From: Paramecium tetraurelia
Lineage: Eukaryota
Assembly (NCBI GenBank): GCA_000165425.1
Contig: CT868019.1
Location: 558,001 to 622,000, forward strand
Direction of reading: 5' to 3'
DNA: 64,000 bases
The first letter of the stretch is position 1; every line of letters starts with the position of its first letter. Under the pieces are notes generated by a model, which was not told the origin of the DNA, made no database searches, and saw only the letters and a program-made list of their open reading frames with translations. Both the position numbers and the translations under genes were made by a program. This document shows positions 14,155 to 28,035 of the stretch, one piece after another.

Positions 14155-16216
14155 ATGTTTTACTTGAATTACATCATCGCTATTTTATTGGTGAATGCAT
14201 CAGTTGCTCAATGGACAATTACTCATTATGAAGGCTATGACAAATCTTTTACCCAAAATACGTTGGATAATTACATACAATTAAATTGTCAAGCATACAA
14301 TCTGCCAATCATAGCTTAATAAGGAAGTCTACAAAAGGTCATTTCACTTAAAGACTTGTCACCTTTTGCAAAGACCAAAATTTTAGTAGAATTTATAGTT
14401 CCTCTGGATTCATTATATTCAATATAAATTTAAAATAAAACAATCGATAGCTAGCAAACATGGTAATTGGGATATGGATTTTCAATGATTAATGAATGTT
14501 TCAATACCTCAGATTATAAAATGTTATCATTTAATTATGAATTGGAAGGAAAAAATTATACAGAAATTTCTATAAATATCTAACTTTTGGATAACAAATC
14601 AAATTAATAAAGAAGGTATGTGGGAATTAAATAAATTCATGTTTTCTAGATTTAATGTCCTCAACACTGTTAGAATTGTGAAGAAACTGAAAATCGTATT
14701 TATTGTTAAGATTGCCAACAGAATTTCACTCTATAATAAAATTTAGGTACATGTAGTTGTTAGAATTTCATATTTAAAAACCAATGTTTGAAACAATGTC
14801 CTGAAGGATACTCTGCAAGCTTATTTAGTGGATGTAAAAAAGTTGGTATTTCATTGTGTTGATTTTATTAGAATATTTGGAGACTTCCACTTTTGGACAG
14901 AATACAAACCTCAAAATCAATAAGAACTTTGAATAATCTATACAATTAAAGAAGTCCTCTTAAGTCAGATTGGATTTTGAATTAATCCTATCTAATTTCA
15001 AAGTACTCAAAATCAAATACATTTTTAGGTCTTCTAATAAATAGAAATAACTGTTAACGATATTTACCAAGGAGGGATAACAAATTACTATTCAAATCTA
15101 TACATTTCAATATTCAATATATCAGAAACTAAATGTCAGTATTCTAGTAATTGCACTCTAATCAAATTATAAACTCCACTAATTGATGTGAACTCCTCAA
15201 ATTTGAATCTGAATATTGGATTTAGACCCACCAAAAGTAAAGGTCATAAACAAAGATATAATCGTTTTGAAGATTTAGGTGATCCAACCAAATCTGAAGA
15301 CTCTGAAATAATCATCCAGAATATCCAATTAACTCAATTATTGATAGATGAATCTATATGTTCCTAAGACAATTGTAAAGTTTGTGATTTAAAATACATT
15401 GAATAAGATGAGTGCAAGTAATGCAAAGAAGGATTTTATTTATTTGAAAACCAATGTCTTAGTTAATGTCCTGAAGAAACTGTCGTGGAAGGGTTCTATT
15501 GCAAAGCTTTCTTAAATAAACAAACTAACAGCTAACTCATATTGAAGGATATTGATATAACTCAAGAAAATTGGGCTGGAGAGACTTCTTTGCCAGACCA
15601 ACATAGTGTGTTTTAATTTAGATTCAACAAAACTAATTTGCTTTTTGGTGGCAAATGGAGAAGGTAAGAATTTACTAAGATATTGATCCTTTAACCTCAT
15701 TATGCTTTGACCTACAAATTTACAGTAAGCTACATTGATCTGTCAGATAAGGATGAAGAAACAGGATTCTTTTATTAATTGGATGGTGGGGAATACAATT
15801 TCATAAATCCAAAGGACTTGATTTAAATTGATGGTGATGCTAATAAACCAGACTCTATTGTTGAATATAGTAAGTATTTCAAACATACAAATAATGATAT
15901 TATGATAACTATTGGGTGTAATACAAATGGTTTTTGCTTTCTGTAAGATTATTATTTAATTATACATACATGCACTCCATATTGTAAATCATGTACTGGA
16001 CCTAGTAAATCCGAATGCTTGGAGTTTACAAGGAATTCATATGAATTTGATTATAAAACCAAATAATGCAAGGCTGGCTATTTTGAAAGTGACGATAAAG
16101 TCTGCCAAAGATGTGAGGTATCTGATTGCTCAGAATGTATATCTAAATATCAGTGTCAAATTTGCAAGAAAGGATGTCATCTTCATTTACAAGGTTCAAG
16201 ATGCACTTGTGAATGA
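14155..16216 (+). CDS. Secreted Cys-rich (furin-like repeat) protein, paralog of its neighbours
   Basis: Signal peptide MFYLNYIIAILLVNASVA-QW; same three-module plus Cys-linker layout; ends GSRCTCE-TGA with no transmembrane segment. Confidence 0.8.
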
Positions 16217-16299
16217 TATTAATTATGATAATGATATTTTTTAATAAATAATTAAAATGTATTTAATTACTATAATAAATCAAAAGAAATTATAATAAG

Positions 16300-17023
16300 A
16301 TTTAGTATATATTTCTTTTTGAGTAAAGAAGGTGATTGTTGTGATAACTTCTCATCTGACTCATGAATGTGACACTAAAAGTATTTTGATTTAATTTGAG
16401 TGGTTTAAATTGTCTTTATTCTAATTAAAATATTTCTCCAAAATCATTTTTGGTGAATGGTTTTTCTAAAATGAAATTGATACTATGTCAGTTGAAAGGT
16501 AAATCATGATATAATCTATCAATATTAATATAATTTAGAGAATACGTTAAATTACGTAGGGAACTTTCTATCAACTCAGATTAATATGAACATTAATATA
16601 AAAATTATATTTTTAGCAAAATCTAGCATTTAATTACATAAAGAATATCTTGACAACTACAAGAGTTGTTGGTTTAGAAGAGTAAAATAAGAATGCTAGA
16701 GCCACACTTTTCAATTTGTAATGAAAGAAGATTTTCTTTAATTAATTTGATGAAGGAATTTAAATTTATTCGTGTGTATTAATTAACTTAATATCTAATA
16801 TGAAATTTATCTTCTGTGATGGTTTTGTTGAAATCTATTGGTCTAGGTCATATGATAAGGTACTTTGGGGTGAAAAAGCAGGGTTATAGATCTGAAAATT
16901 TTTGGGGTATGCAAAGTAAGTGTATAAAATATAAAAATTTTAAATATAATTTTAGTACACAATTTCTGAGGGGTGTGGCTGATTTCTGGAAGGGTAATCC
17001 ACGGAATGACACAATGATTACAT
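16300..17023 (-). other. Possible hypothetical or degenerate gene divergent from the 17113 gene
   Basis: Code-6 frame from ATG 17023 (MQSLCHSVDYPSRNQPHP...) is open to about 16570; coding-like sequence continues in other frames; no recognisable domain. Confidence 0.3.
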
Positions 17024-17112
17024 AAATTATTATATTCTTAACAGAATTTATCAAATAAATTATAGTATATCTGTGCATTGATGTATATGGAAATATTTAT
17101 TTAAATAACATA

Positions 17113-20100
17113 ATGAAATGGATGTAGTTATTTGTCTTGAGAATGCTTATGTAGATAGTGCATTGTGGTAAGATATTGAATATCCATTAAGGTTGGGAAC
17201 TCTTCAAATCGGAGCTAATAGATAGTTCGACCTTCTCCCTTTGGAAAAACTCCAACAACTCCCCAGGTTAAAATCTGGTTCAATATTGTGACCTTCAGCC
17301 AAGTTTGAATTCCAAGCTTCTTTAAGGAGATGCGCTTTTGAGTAGAAATATTATTATGCCAACCTCGCGATCATTCAGCAAAATTAGAATAAGTTTCGAT
17401 CTCTATTACATAAATATATGGAGTTCGGTTGAATCTATTACTGTTTATGCCAACAGTTTATTGGTTCATTATGATAAACCGCGGACTCTTATTAATCAAG
17501 ATTACCCTCTAAGATTCTGCGTTTCGAGACCATTTGGGAAATCTTACGCTGAATAATTCTCTCGTATAGATTAGGAAATATCCTTTAATGATCCAAATTT
17601 AACAATTGAAATAGCCCATGACAGAGCTTCAATTGGAACGACCAGTGAATATGGAATTGGCAATTTCATTTTGCAAGTATACTTTTGTGACGACAGATGT
17701 GAAGAGTGTGATTAAAATGAGTGTGTCTTATGTAAAACTGGATTTCAATTGATCAGAAATTAATGTATATGTAATCCAATTTTACAATTTTCCTACTTTA
17801 ATCCTGATTTGACTTGTGTAGATGAGTGTCCTCTCAATTATGCATCCGATAAGAATCGAATATGCTAACCGTCGATTGTTAGTGCACTTTACTCTGATCT
17901 TTAAGAAGATACATTTAATTCTTATAAATTTAAATTTGTTGCTGATAAATATTACAGTGTAAATTAATTGAAGATCAACAACGTTGGATCAAAGTCAATT
18001 GCAGGTATGTTTTCCAATACAGATTCAATTATTTACGATGACGTCAATTTACAACCGGCTTTTAAATACATGATCAAATTCCACCTTTATATTACTGGTA
18101 AAATATCAAAGATCTACCCTGATAGCATTTAAATACTGTTTAATTAATTTGTTGTTGCTTAATTACCAGATTTCAATTAAGTCCAACTCATATCCCCTAT
18201 TGCTGAATCTACCACTGTGGGTCAAGCATAATCCTGCTCTATTTCAACCTACAATCATTGTGCATAATATGAAATCACACTTCAAGTAGAATTGAATGAA
18301 TTGGTAACAGAAATAATGTTCAAATCCAAATATTAATTAAATACTCCATCAAGAACATGGGGAATTCGAGATTTCTAAATTTCTAAATATGAGTTAATAT
18401 CAAATGCTATTTAATGCTCAAACAATTGTTACACTTGTGATCAATCGAAACTCAATGTGTGTTTATCCTGTTCAGGAACTTTGAAATTATTTAATGGTAA
18501 CTGTGTATCTTAATGTCCAAATTATACCGTTACTATTGGAAACTCTTGTGATGATTCCACACTTACTTCGCTTAATGAGAAATATCTATTAAACATGTAT
18601 CATGATATGAATTATTATCATTAAGATACAGTCATATGTATTCTTACATTAGATAAGTGTACCTTAGTACCATATTCAGAAATTAAAACATCATACTTTA
18701 TGAATCGTATCATTTTAGGTGGATATGGTATGTGGGAAAATTAATAAATCAACTTAAGAATCTTTCATGACAAATTAATTTATAAGGTAAAAGTGTACTT
18801 CAATTTGGTGTTTATTGATTCAACTAATAACTAGATCTTATTCCGTACTAGTGTCAATAATGAATTGCCACAATACAGTATGTTTGGAAGCAGTATTTCA
18901 GTTGGGAATCAAGTTGGTTAATCCAAAGGTGAAGTTGTTTAGAGTGTTTCATATGTGAAAGGTTTTGATTCCACTAAGGAACTCAGACTTCAGTTGCAAT
19001 GCATTCAAGGGATTGACACTGATGCTTATTGTGGTATCTATGATTTTAGAATAATTGTGTCTACATGTCAGGATAATTGCATAAAATGCGATGAACATGG
19101 AAATTGTATAAATGAGATCGATACTGTAAGTCAAGACATCGATGGATGCAAGACTGGCTATTATTTAGAGAAGGATACATGTTTATAATGTGTTTCAGGA
19201 TGTACATAATGCACAAGTATAAATAAATGCCAGGCATGCAAAGCAGGTTATGAATTAAAATACAATACTTGTTTTTGTAGTTTATTAAAAGAAAGAATAG
19301 AATATTGTGAATAAACGAATTGTTTTCATAATTGCAAAACCTGTATCGACACAAGAGAAAGCTATGGAATTTGGAACTAGAATCATCCTAAAAGTTGTTT
19401 ATCATGTGATGAGACTAAAAATTTATGGCTCAATGTAAACCAATGTAGTTGTTTGGATGGATATTACATGGAGGGTTTCAGCTGTTATTTATGTTTACCG
19501 ACTTGTTTGAAATGTTATCAGTAGGCTAGAGTTTGTACAGCTTGTCATCCTGGATAGAATAGAGTTTTAGATAAAGAATAATGTCGATGTCAAATAGGGT
19601 ATTTTTAAGAAGACAACGATCTGGTTTGTGCTAAGTGTAGTGATTTGTGTTAGAATTGTAATTTCACAAAAGATTAATGTAATGCATGTTATTCCAGTCA
19701 GAATAGAAGATTAAATGCTGATCAATGTATTTGCATGGATGGATTTTATGAGAGTGGAGACCTAGTTTGTAAAAGTATGAATTTATTAATAAACAATAGA
19801 ATGTCCTTCGAAATGCAAAACTTGTTTAAATGAAAGCACTTGTTTAACTTGCAATGAAACTTAATTCAGAATATTAAGTATAGATAATGTGTCTTGCACT
19901 TGTCAATCTGGATATTTTGATTAGAGCTCGGACACTACATGTGGAAGTATGTAATTTATTTGATGTTTAGAATGCCACTCAAGTTGTTTAGAGTGTAAAT
20001 AGAATAATAATTTTGAATCATGCACCAGATGTCCTACTACAAGAGAACCTAAATATCATAGTAATAGTAATGTAAACCTATTTGAATGCAAATGTAGAAG

Positions 20101-22381
20101 AGGATATTATGAAATAAATTAATAACAATGTTCTAGTTGTGCAGACTATTTGAATCCTCCAATTAATCATTATTGTTACTCAAATTGTGGAGATGGTATT
20201 CTTTAATGGAATGAAGATTGTGATGATGGTAATAATATCGGTAGAGATAACTGTTATAAATGTTTACATGGCAATTCATTTTGTTTTGATTACACTTGTA
20301 CTGGATGCTTAGCAGGATAATGTACTGGTTGCATAGATGGATTCTATTTAACTTAAGAATTCATTTGTTTGCCTTGCAATTCAAGTTGTAAGACTTGTGT
20401 TCAAAGAGCTGATAATTGCACTAATTGCATCATTTACAAAGAAGATTAATCTGGATGTGTGATGTGTGATTAAAATTTGGGATTATATATAGTTGATTCT
20501 GAATGTGTTCCCATTTGTGGAGATGCTATTAAAGTTGAATAAGAAGAATGTGATGATGGTAATTTGACAAGTGGAGATGGGTGTGATTAAACCTGTAAAA
20601 TTGAACCTGGTTTTGAATGTGGATCTCATTGTGAAAAAGCTATTTATCCTAATATTTTATTTGAGGTCAACACATCAGACAAGAAGTTTGACAAACAAAG
20701 ACTGGTGAGAATCAAAACAGATTCTCTTGTTTCCATCACTGGAAGCATAGGCTCTATTTTTGCATTCAAAATAAACAATTGTGATGACTACGATCTTACC
20801 CTTGTTGACTTGACTTAATATTCAGATAAATTCACTTAAGTATTCTTAGAGTTGACGATAACATTTAAATAGTCTGTCCCTGATCCAGAATTGGTGTGTT
20901 AGATTATTAACTAGAATGCTGTGTTGAATTAGGATGGTAATACATTTGGAGAGAAGAACTACATGATCAAATTAAAGGAGTTTGAAGAGCCTTCCCTTTT
21001 AACTGAGTAGGCCACTGATGGATTGATGAAACTGAGCAAGTATGTACTCTATTTGCTCTTGGGATTTGCAATATTGGCATTCCTATTAGGAGGATTGAAC
21101 ATCTTCTGGAATCTGTTGGATGCCTTATAATTGGTCTCCTACCTTCAGTTCTTCAATGTATCGTATCCCTATAATGTGCATAATTATTTCACAATCTTTG
21201 GATTTGCTTAATTTGACTTCATTAAGAATTACTTGGATTTGGAGACATTCATCAGTCAATATGTGAATACTCCAGATGCAGATCCTAAATTCAGAGATCA
21301 AGGGTATTCAACTGTATTCTACGTGAATATCATCCCAGTCCTTACTGTATTTGTCACCACTCTTCTCACTTACATTGCGTGTACTGCATTGCTATCGACA
21401 TTAACTAAGTTTTCGCATTCTTTTATATATGTGCCACTGAACTCATAAGAACAGAGCATTTGCACTTTCTTCATTTACAGAATCACAAGAGCCATCCAAA
21501 TACAATTGTTACGTTTTAATAAAGCCTTTTCATCAGGTCTGATCAGAACTTTCATGGCTGTAGCCTTTGATTACAACCTTGCCTTCTTTTTATAGTTGAA
21601 GGATTTCATATTGAGTGATCCCATCCTATTCACTAGTTTTCTCTTTTGTCTATTAGCTTTTGCCGTGGAAGTGAAATTCATTTCTATGGCCATCAACTTC
21701 ATGTCCAAACCAGCCTTTGTGTTTAAATAAAAATTAAGTTTGGACAATTTCGGAGCTATTTATGAAGGGATCAAATTAGAATAGAATCCATTCACCTATT
21801 ATTTCAACATAGTACTCCTAATTAAAAAAATGCTATTCATGCTTTGTCTAGTAATGTTCTATTCGTCTCCCTGTTTACAAGTGGGATTTGTATCTCTTCT
21901 GAACATTGCGATGGCTCTTTACCTCATAAAAGTGCAGCCTCTGGAAGACAAAGATGAATAGTACAAGTAAGTGGGCTCTGAAATTTTGATATGGCTTGCT
22001 GAAATGCTGATCTTAGGTTATGCTATTAATGAATAATCCAATTCCCTTAGTGTAGACTCACAACTCACTATTGGTTGGTTTGTGATTGCTTTAACTTCCT
22101 GTCTAATCATTTTCCAACTATTCATTGATGTCAAATAACATGTTGGCTTCTTAATTAATGAATATGCCATTGTTAAGAAATTCTTCTACAAACTCAAGAA
22201 GATGTTTTCCGGAAGATAACCTGAATAAGAAGAAGAGAATATTTTCCTCAAAGGAAAAAGAAGATTGGGAATTGAAAATCTGACCTCGCAAACCAACATC
22301 ATGACAAATAAGTTAAGAAATCCAAGTAATTTCAAATAAGGAAGAATGGTAACATTTACCATCAGCTCAAGTAGCAGCTGA
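17113..22381 (+). CDS. Large Cys-rich membrane protein: signal peptide, three beta modules, furin-like repeats, Myxococcus-type Cys repeats, polytopic TRP-like C-terminus
   Basis: MKWMQLFVLRMLMQIVHC-GW; many CxxCxxxC repeats; CGDGILQWNEDCDDGN and CGDAIKVEQEECDDGNLTSGDGC; membrane region FWNLLDALQLVSYL..YPYNV..FGAIYEG..IKKMLF..IGWFVI. Confidence 0.88.
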
Positions 22382-22427
22382 TCAAATCTAAATCTTTTCC
22401 TGTGTATATTGTTTATATATTTATACA

Positions 22428-23683
22428 TCATTAAATTAATTATTCATAATCATTTATTATACCTTCCACCACTCCCATACTCTCCTAAAAGTGTTGAATC
22501 TTAACTCCAAACTTCTCGTATTGATACAGATATGCTCTCTCTTAAATCATTTAATTTGCTCTGTCTGATATCTAATTTAATGATTCTACAATATTGCTCG
22601 AATTATGCACTACTGTTATTGATTTCTCATTCTTATTAAACTGATGTTCATCCTACACCGTGTTCCAATTGAACTGATGCTTTTTCACGTCGTTCCCTCT
22701 TGCAATCATCAACTGCTTGAATGGCTATTATCCCTTCTTATGCCAATTGATATTATATTCCTTCGTTCCAGTCAACACCATCTACTAAATTCGTTTTTCT
22801 AAGGCAGACCAAGTGTCATTCTGGAAGGCCTTAGATTGCTACGGCAATTACGGGATCTAATTCAACTAGAGCAATTTGTATTGATTGTTAGTGATATTCA
22901 GTAACTCTTACACATATTGTAGATTATTGTGAAATGTACTGTACACTTGATTTGTCAGACAAGGCCAAAAGAAACTGGCCAAATTTGTGGACATCACCTG
23001 ATTGATATCATTCAAACTTGGACTCTTCAAATTCAGGAGATTATTGCATAAAGCTTGAGCCTCATCATTTTGTAATAAAATTATCCCTTCACTGTGCTAG
23101 TATATTGAACCTATGGTCAAGACTGTGTTTAAGGATTGCAATATCACCTCTCCTGTTAAATGAGGCATTACGCAAATGTTAAACAATTCGATCTCAGGAT
23201 ATCGATCAGCCATCAATTCCAAAATATACGATCCTAAACCAGAACCAGTTCCACCTGCCAATGAAGATATGAAAAACAAAGATTCCAAATATCCACACTC
23301 TTCCAACAAAGTATCCATTATCTGAAGAATCGCATTCTTATTTGCAGGACCATGATTGTTGAATCCATATGCCCAATTGTTCCCTGATCCTTCCTATTTT
23401 GTCAAACTAAATGCTGAATGAATATTCTCTTATACCCTTATCATAATATTCAGCCTTCAGACATCTCTCAACTACTTTCGGCTCCATGTCAATCAACAAT
23501 GATTTTGCAATCTATTTGTTTTTCCGCTCAAAAAAGAAAATTTCATTCAGAAGAGCCTAAGCTCCTGGACTAGACATTTAAGTTCTATAATCCAATAAGT
23601 TATTACTCTTAAATCATAAAATCAAACAACGCATGTCCAATCTAGTTACCACATTATCCTAATTAAATAAAACCTAAAGACAT
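22428..23683 (-). CDS. TUBD1: Delta-tubulin
   Basis: MSLGFIQLGQCGNQIG, LIDMEPKVV, GSGNNWAYG, SLAGGTGSGLG, PHLTGEVILQSLN; C-terminus AYLYQYEKFGV without an acidic tail. NNWAYG and GEVI(L/V)Q are delta-type signatures. Confidence 0.92.
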
Positions 23684-23711
23684 TTTATAAATATTTATAA
23701 AAGTATATATT

Positions 23712-24146
23712 TCACTTAAATAATTTATTCTCTATTGCGAAGTTCAAGGATTCATAGAATTTTAATTGCTTTCTTTACGTTTCAAATTATAAGTAAGTAC
23801 CTTAAGAGCCTTGGAATACTAAGTGCAATCTATTCTTCTTTAATTACTAAACAAATGTGAGATTCCTCAATTCGTACATCTCCACCTACTACCCGTTCTC
23901 CTGTATCTTCAACTACCCTTTGCTTATACAGAGATCCTGATTATTCTGAATTTTCTGTGGTTTTCTCAAATACTGCAGGTAAGTATTATCTGTGGGATTG
24001 CTGAATATTTGATCTTTATCAATCTATTGAATTATCAAAGGCCTTTGGGGTTTCAACTTTTGATCCAAAATTGATCTGATCTCCTCCAGCTGCATCTGCT
24101 ATCGTTCTTTCATCACTATTTGATTCTCCATATCCAGGATGTTCAT
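23712..24146 (-). CDS. Hypothetical protein (144 aa)
   Basis: Intronless code-6 ORF MNILDMENQIVMKERQ...ENKLFK*. Confidence 0.65.
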
Positions 24147-24211
24147 GGATCAAATTAGTCCTTTTTATTCTTTTTAATTTATTTATATTCTAATTTTAAA
24201 TATATTTATTT

Positions 24212-25023
24212 ATGACAGATATAAACTTAAGAGAGAACTTTCTCAAATAACACAAATTCATCTCCATCTTCCTATGCTACCCAATCAAAACTCTCATTAG
24301 ATTCTAGCAAAAGCATGGAACACTTTTGCAAGATTCATTGAAATTAATTTATAAAGAAGGTGGTCTCAAACGATTTTATAGTGGTAATTCAGCTTGATTT
24401 TCATAGGGTTCTTTTATAGATATATTAGTAAAAGTGCGGAATTTATAGTGCTTCTGGAAGCTTTGAATTCATGGTCGAACATTACGCAAAATAATGTAAA
24501 TCCAATAAACTTGTTATTATCCTTTGTGATGGCAGCTACAATACAGTAGACTTTTGTACCATTCAATTCTTTGTATTACTTTTAACAAGTTTACGGACAT
24601 ACTGATGGAAAAGAGCTTTTATTTTATAAAGTCAAATAAAATGGTGGATTAGTTTTTTATCATGGATTTTGGTCTTTTTTGTGTGGAAGCTTTTTTGGAG
24701 GTTTAGGAGCATTTCCTGCATTGTAAAATTACTAAAATTATAATACTCAAGAAGAAAATAAAAAGAGTGAATATTCTATGTTTTATTTATTTTCTGCTTT
24801 TTTAACTGCAGAAGTAATCTCAAATCCATTCAAAATCCTGGCTATTTAAAAATTGACTAGTATTGAGTGCAAATCCTACGCATAAATTTAACATTAACTA
24901 ATGCAAGAACAAGGCTACCAATGGATTTTTCGTTCTGTGGATACTAAACTTCTTTATTCCTTTTTAAAAACTTTATTTATTGTATATGTCTTTGACTATA
25001 AAAAATTATCAAGAGAATTATGA
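24212..25023 (+). CDS. Divergent mitochondrial carrier (SLC25-like)
   Basis: Three-repeat layout: YPIKT..KEGGLKRFYSG; VPFNS..QNGGLVFYHG; NPFKI..EQGYQWIFRS; one 23-nt intron near 24384. Confidence 0.75.
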
Positions 25024-25077
25024 GATTATTATAAATGTATTTTGATATTCATTTCACAATAACATGTATAATATTTA

Positions 25078-26193
25078 TCATTTCTATATTTATGAATATA
25101 ATGGATAGTCTAAATACCCTTTAATTCCCTTAGTATAGAAGGTATCGATATCCCACTTTGTATTTAGTTCATATCCATTTCGAACTCTATCCACAAGGTC
25201 AGGATTTGAGATAAATAGTCTACCAAAGGTGACAGCATCAAATCTTCCCTTCTCAATGCCCTCAATAGCAGTAGCTGGTGTATATTGGTTATTGGCTAAT
25301 AATATGCCACTAAATAATGGTCTAAAGACTTCGAACAGATCAGGAATTTACTCTTTGCTTGAAGGATAACCAAAATCAAACAAATTGGCTGGATCATTGT
25401 CATCTTTAACTTCAATAAAAGCAATTTTCTTTATTTCTAGTTCTTTGACCAAGTGTGTATATAATTTAAGAGGATCAGAATCACATTAATCATTCAATCT
25501 ACCGACTGGAGATATCTTAATCCCAACTCTTCCTCTTCCGAAAACACTAATCAATTCATCAATGACCTATAAACACAATTTACTTCTATTCTCAACACTA
25601 CCTCCATATTCATCAGTTCTCTTATTTGAACTGTCTCTAAGAAATTAATCAATGATATATCCATGAGCCCCATGTAATTAAACCCCATCAAATCCAGCTT
25701 CCTTGCAATTTTCAGCAGCCTGTCTAAATTGTTTAATGACTTCATGAATTTCCTCAATGGTCATTTCGTGAGGTACTTCATGTTCTATCAACCCTCTTCT
25801 GTGGATGCCTCTTATCTTAATTGGCGAGGGAGCCCAAATTTCTAATCCATCCTATAAAGTGGATAGACTTGCTCTTCCAGCATGCCAAACTTAAGCATAG
25901 ATTCTTCCTCCCTTTGAGTGTACATTTTCAACAACCTTCTTCCAACCTTCTACTTACTCCTTTGTGAACATTCCTGGCTCTCCTGGAAAAGCCAAAGATC
26001 TTTAGGAAATCGGAACACATTCTGTCAATATAAATCCAGCCTCTGCTCTGAGTCCATAATATTCTTTAATAATGTCGTTGGGAACAAGGTCTTTTGATTC
26101 GCATCTCTATCTGGTTAAAGCAGCCATACAAATACGATTAGGAAGTTCGACATCTCCCATTTTAAGAGGCTTAAATAGTATACTTTAATCCAT
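25078..26193 (-). CDS. NADH:flavin oxidoreductase / Old Yellow Enzyme family
   Basis: [74 protein letters not shown]. Confidence 0.95.
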
Positions 26194-26457
26194 TTTTATT
26201 TTAATAAATGATATCTTCAATAATTAAAATTTATTCAAATTTGATTAAATTACAGACGAAGACATAAATTCTTATTTGTGAAGGAAATTGCAATTTCTCC
26301 AGCAAATTATTCATAAATTAGGAACATTAAGCTGGATATTAAAAATGAATAAACAAATAATAATACTATTTTTATTTCAATATATAAAATATTTAACAGT
26401 AAATGAAGTAACATTTCTAATTATTCTTACTCTAGTTAAACCCCATCAATGAGATAA

Positions 26458-27488
26458 ATGTAGTAATATGGATCATAAGGATATCCTTAATAATTGTAGT
26501 AGTATGGCTCTCCAAAAGCTGCTATTCCGTAAGTTTATTGTAATATCAATTAGTTCGTTCCAATAGACAGCTCAAAACCAATAATTGCAGACGTAAATAT
26601 TTGATATATATGGAAGATAATAAAGCAGACAAGGGAATAGAGCAGATGTTCATCATTTTGAGAGACCCCTGTAAGTAGTGCCATAAGAGGATATTGAATA
26701 AAAGTGGAAGGAGAAATGCTGTATCTAATTAGTATTATGAATGATAGTAAGACTAGAAATGCATGTATATGAATTACAAGTGGAGATTTAAAGACTGAGA
26801 TTGCAAAATAGTAGTGGCTAGATTACATACATTTAAGATGACACAAGAGTAATTTAGATCTTTAGATGGTTAGATTAATGAGTTAATGTAAGCAAATAAG
26901 GAGATAAGGAATTAAGAATAATAGATGAGAATACAAAACAAATAATTGTTAGAAGATTTGGAATCTTGGAAATCTAGATATAAGTTACTTTAGGAGTCGA
27001 ATTCAAAGAGTTCAGGCTTGGATGAAGAAATTAGATAGTTGAAGAAGAAGATTAATGAGTTAACTGAGGATCTAGCAGGCAGTCATGAATAGATCCAATT
27101 GAGAGATAATGAGATTTTGAATTTGAAGCAGTTGTTGCATGATAAAGACAATGAGTTAGATTAATTGGATGCTCGAATAAGAGAGTTGGAAATGATGTGC
27201 GAGAACTATTCTCAATCTGAAACATAAATAATAAGTCTCCAGGGAGAAGTCGAATTGTGGAAGAAAAAGTTCAAATAGGTGAATGAGTAGAACTCAGATT
27301 TGGCAGAGAAGTTGACTATGGCTGAAACATAATTAGAAGCCATTAAAAAGAGATAGGTGACTGTAACAAAGGAAACTGAAGTTAGAAAGAGTGGCACTCA
27401 TGGAGGAGGAACAACTACATCGTATGAATAGAATGTAATAAAGGGTGCGTAATTATTACACCCAAGAGGTTCATAATATTTAAAATGA
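26458..27488 (+). CDS. Coiled-coil protein (possible cortical cytoskeleton component)
   Basis: Four tiny introns restore the frame; Q-rich head followed by long heptads (LEDLESWKSRY..., LQGEVELWKKKF). Confidence 0.7.
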
Positions 27489-27537
27489 ATATTTTTGAAA
27501 AAACAAATTAAATAAAATCTTTTTTTTATTTTTTATC

Positions 27538-27989
27538 ATGGGTGTTGGTAAACCTAGAGGTATGAGAGCTGGAAGAAAGCTCAAAGATCACAGAAGAGTT
27601 AACAGATGGGCTGATAAGGAATATAATAAGGCTATGATTGGATCAAGATATAAAAATCCATTTATGGGTGCATCACATGCTAAGGGATTGGTTGTTGAAA
27701 AAATCGGAGTGTAATTATAATATTCTATCATCTTAGTGAATCCAAACAGCCAAACTCTGCTGTCAGAAAGTGCGTTAGAGTATTGCTCAAGAAAAATGGT
27801 AAAAAAATATCAGCCTTCGTTCCAAAGGATGGTTGCTTGAACTTTTTAAATGAAAACGACGAAGTCACAGTAGCTGGATTCGGAAGAAAAGGACATGCAG
27901 TTGGTGATATTCCAGGGGTCAGATTCAAGATTATTGCTGTTAAAGGAAAGTCACTTTTGGCTTTGTGGTTGGGCAAGGTTGAAAAATGA
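27538..27989 (+). CDS. RPS23: 40S ribosomal protein S23 (uS12)
   Basis: [48 protein letters not shown]; 26-nt intron 27711-27736. Confidence 0.98.
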
Positions 27990-28035
27990 TAGTACAGATA
28001 CATTAAATATATAAATTGAAGATCTCTAAAAAAGC

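Noticed and set aside
16860..16910. TTTGGGG motifs suggesting telomeric repeats or a telomerase RNA template
   Set aside because: Only two isolated copies, not tandem; they lie within a plausible minus-strand ORF and I saw no supporting RNA structure.
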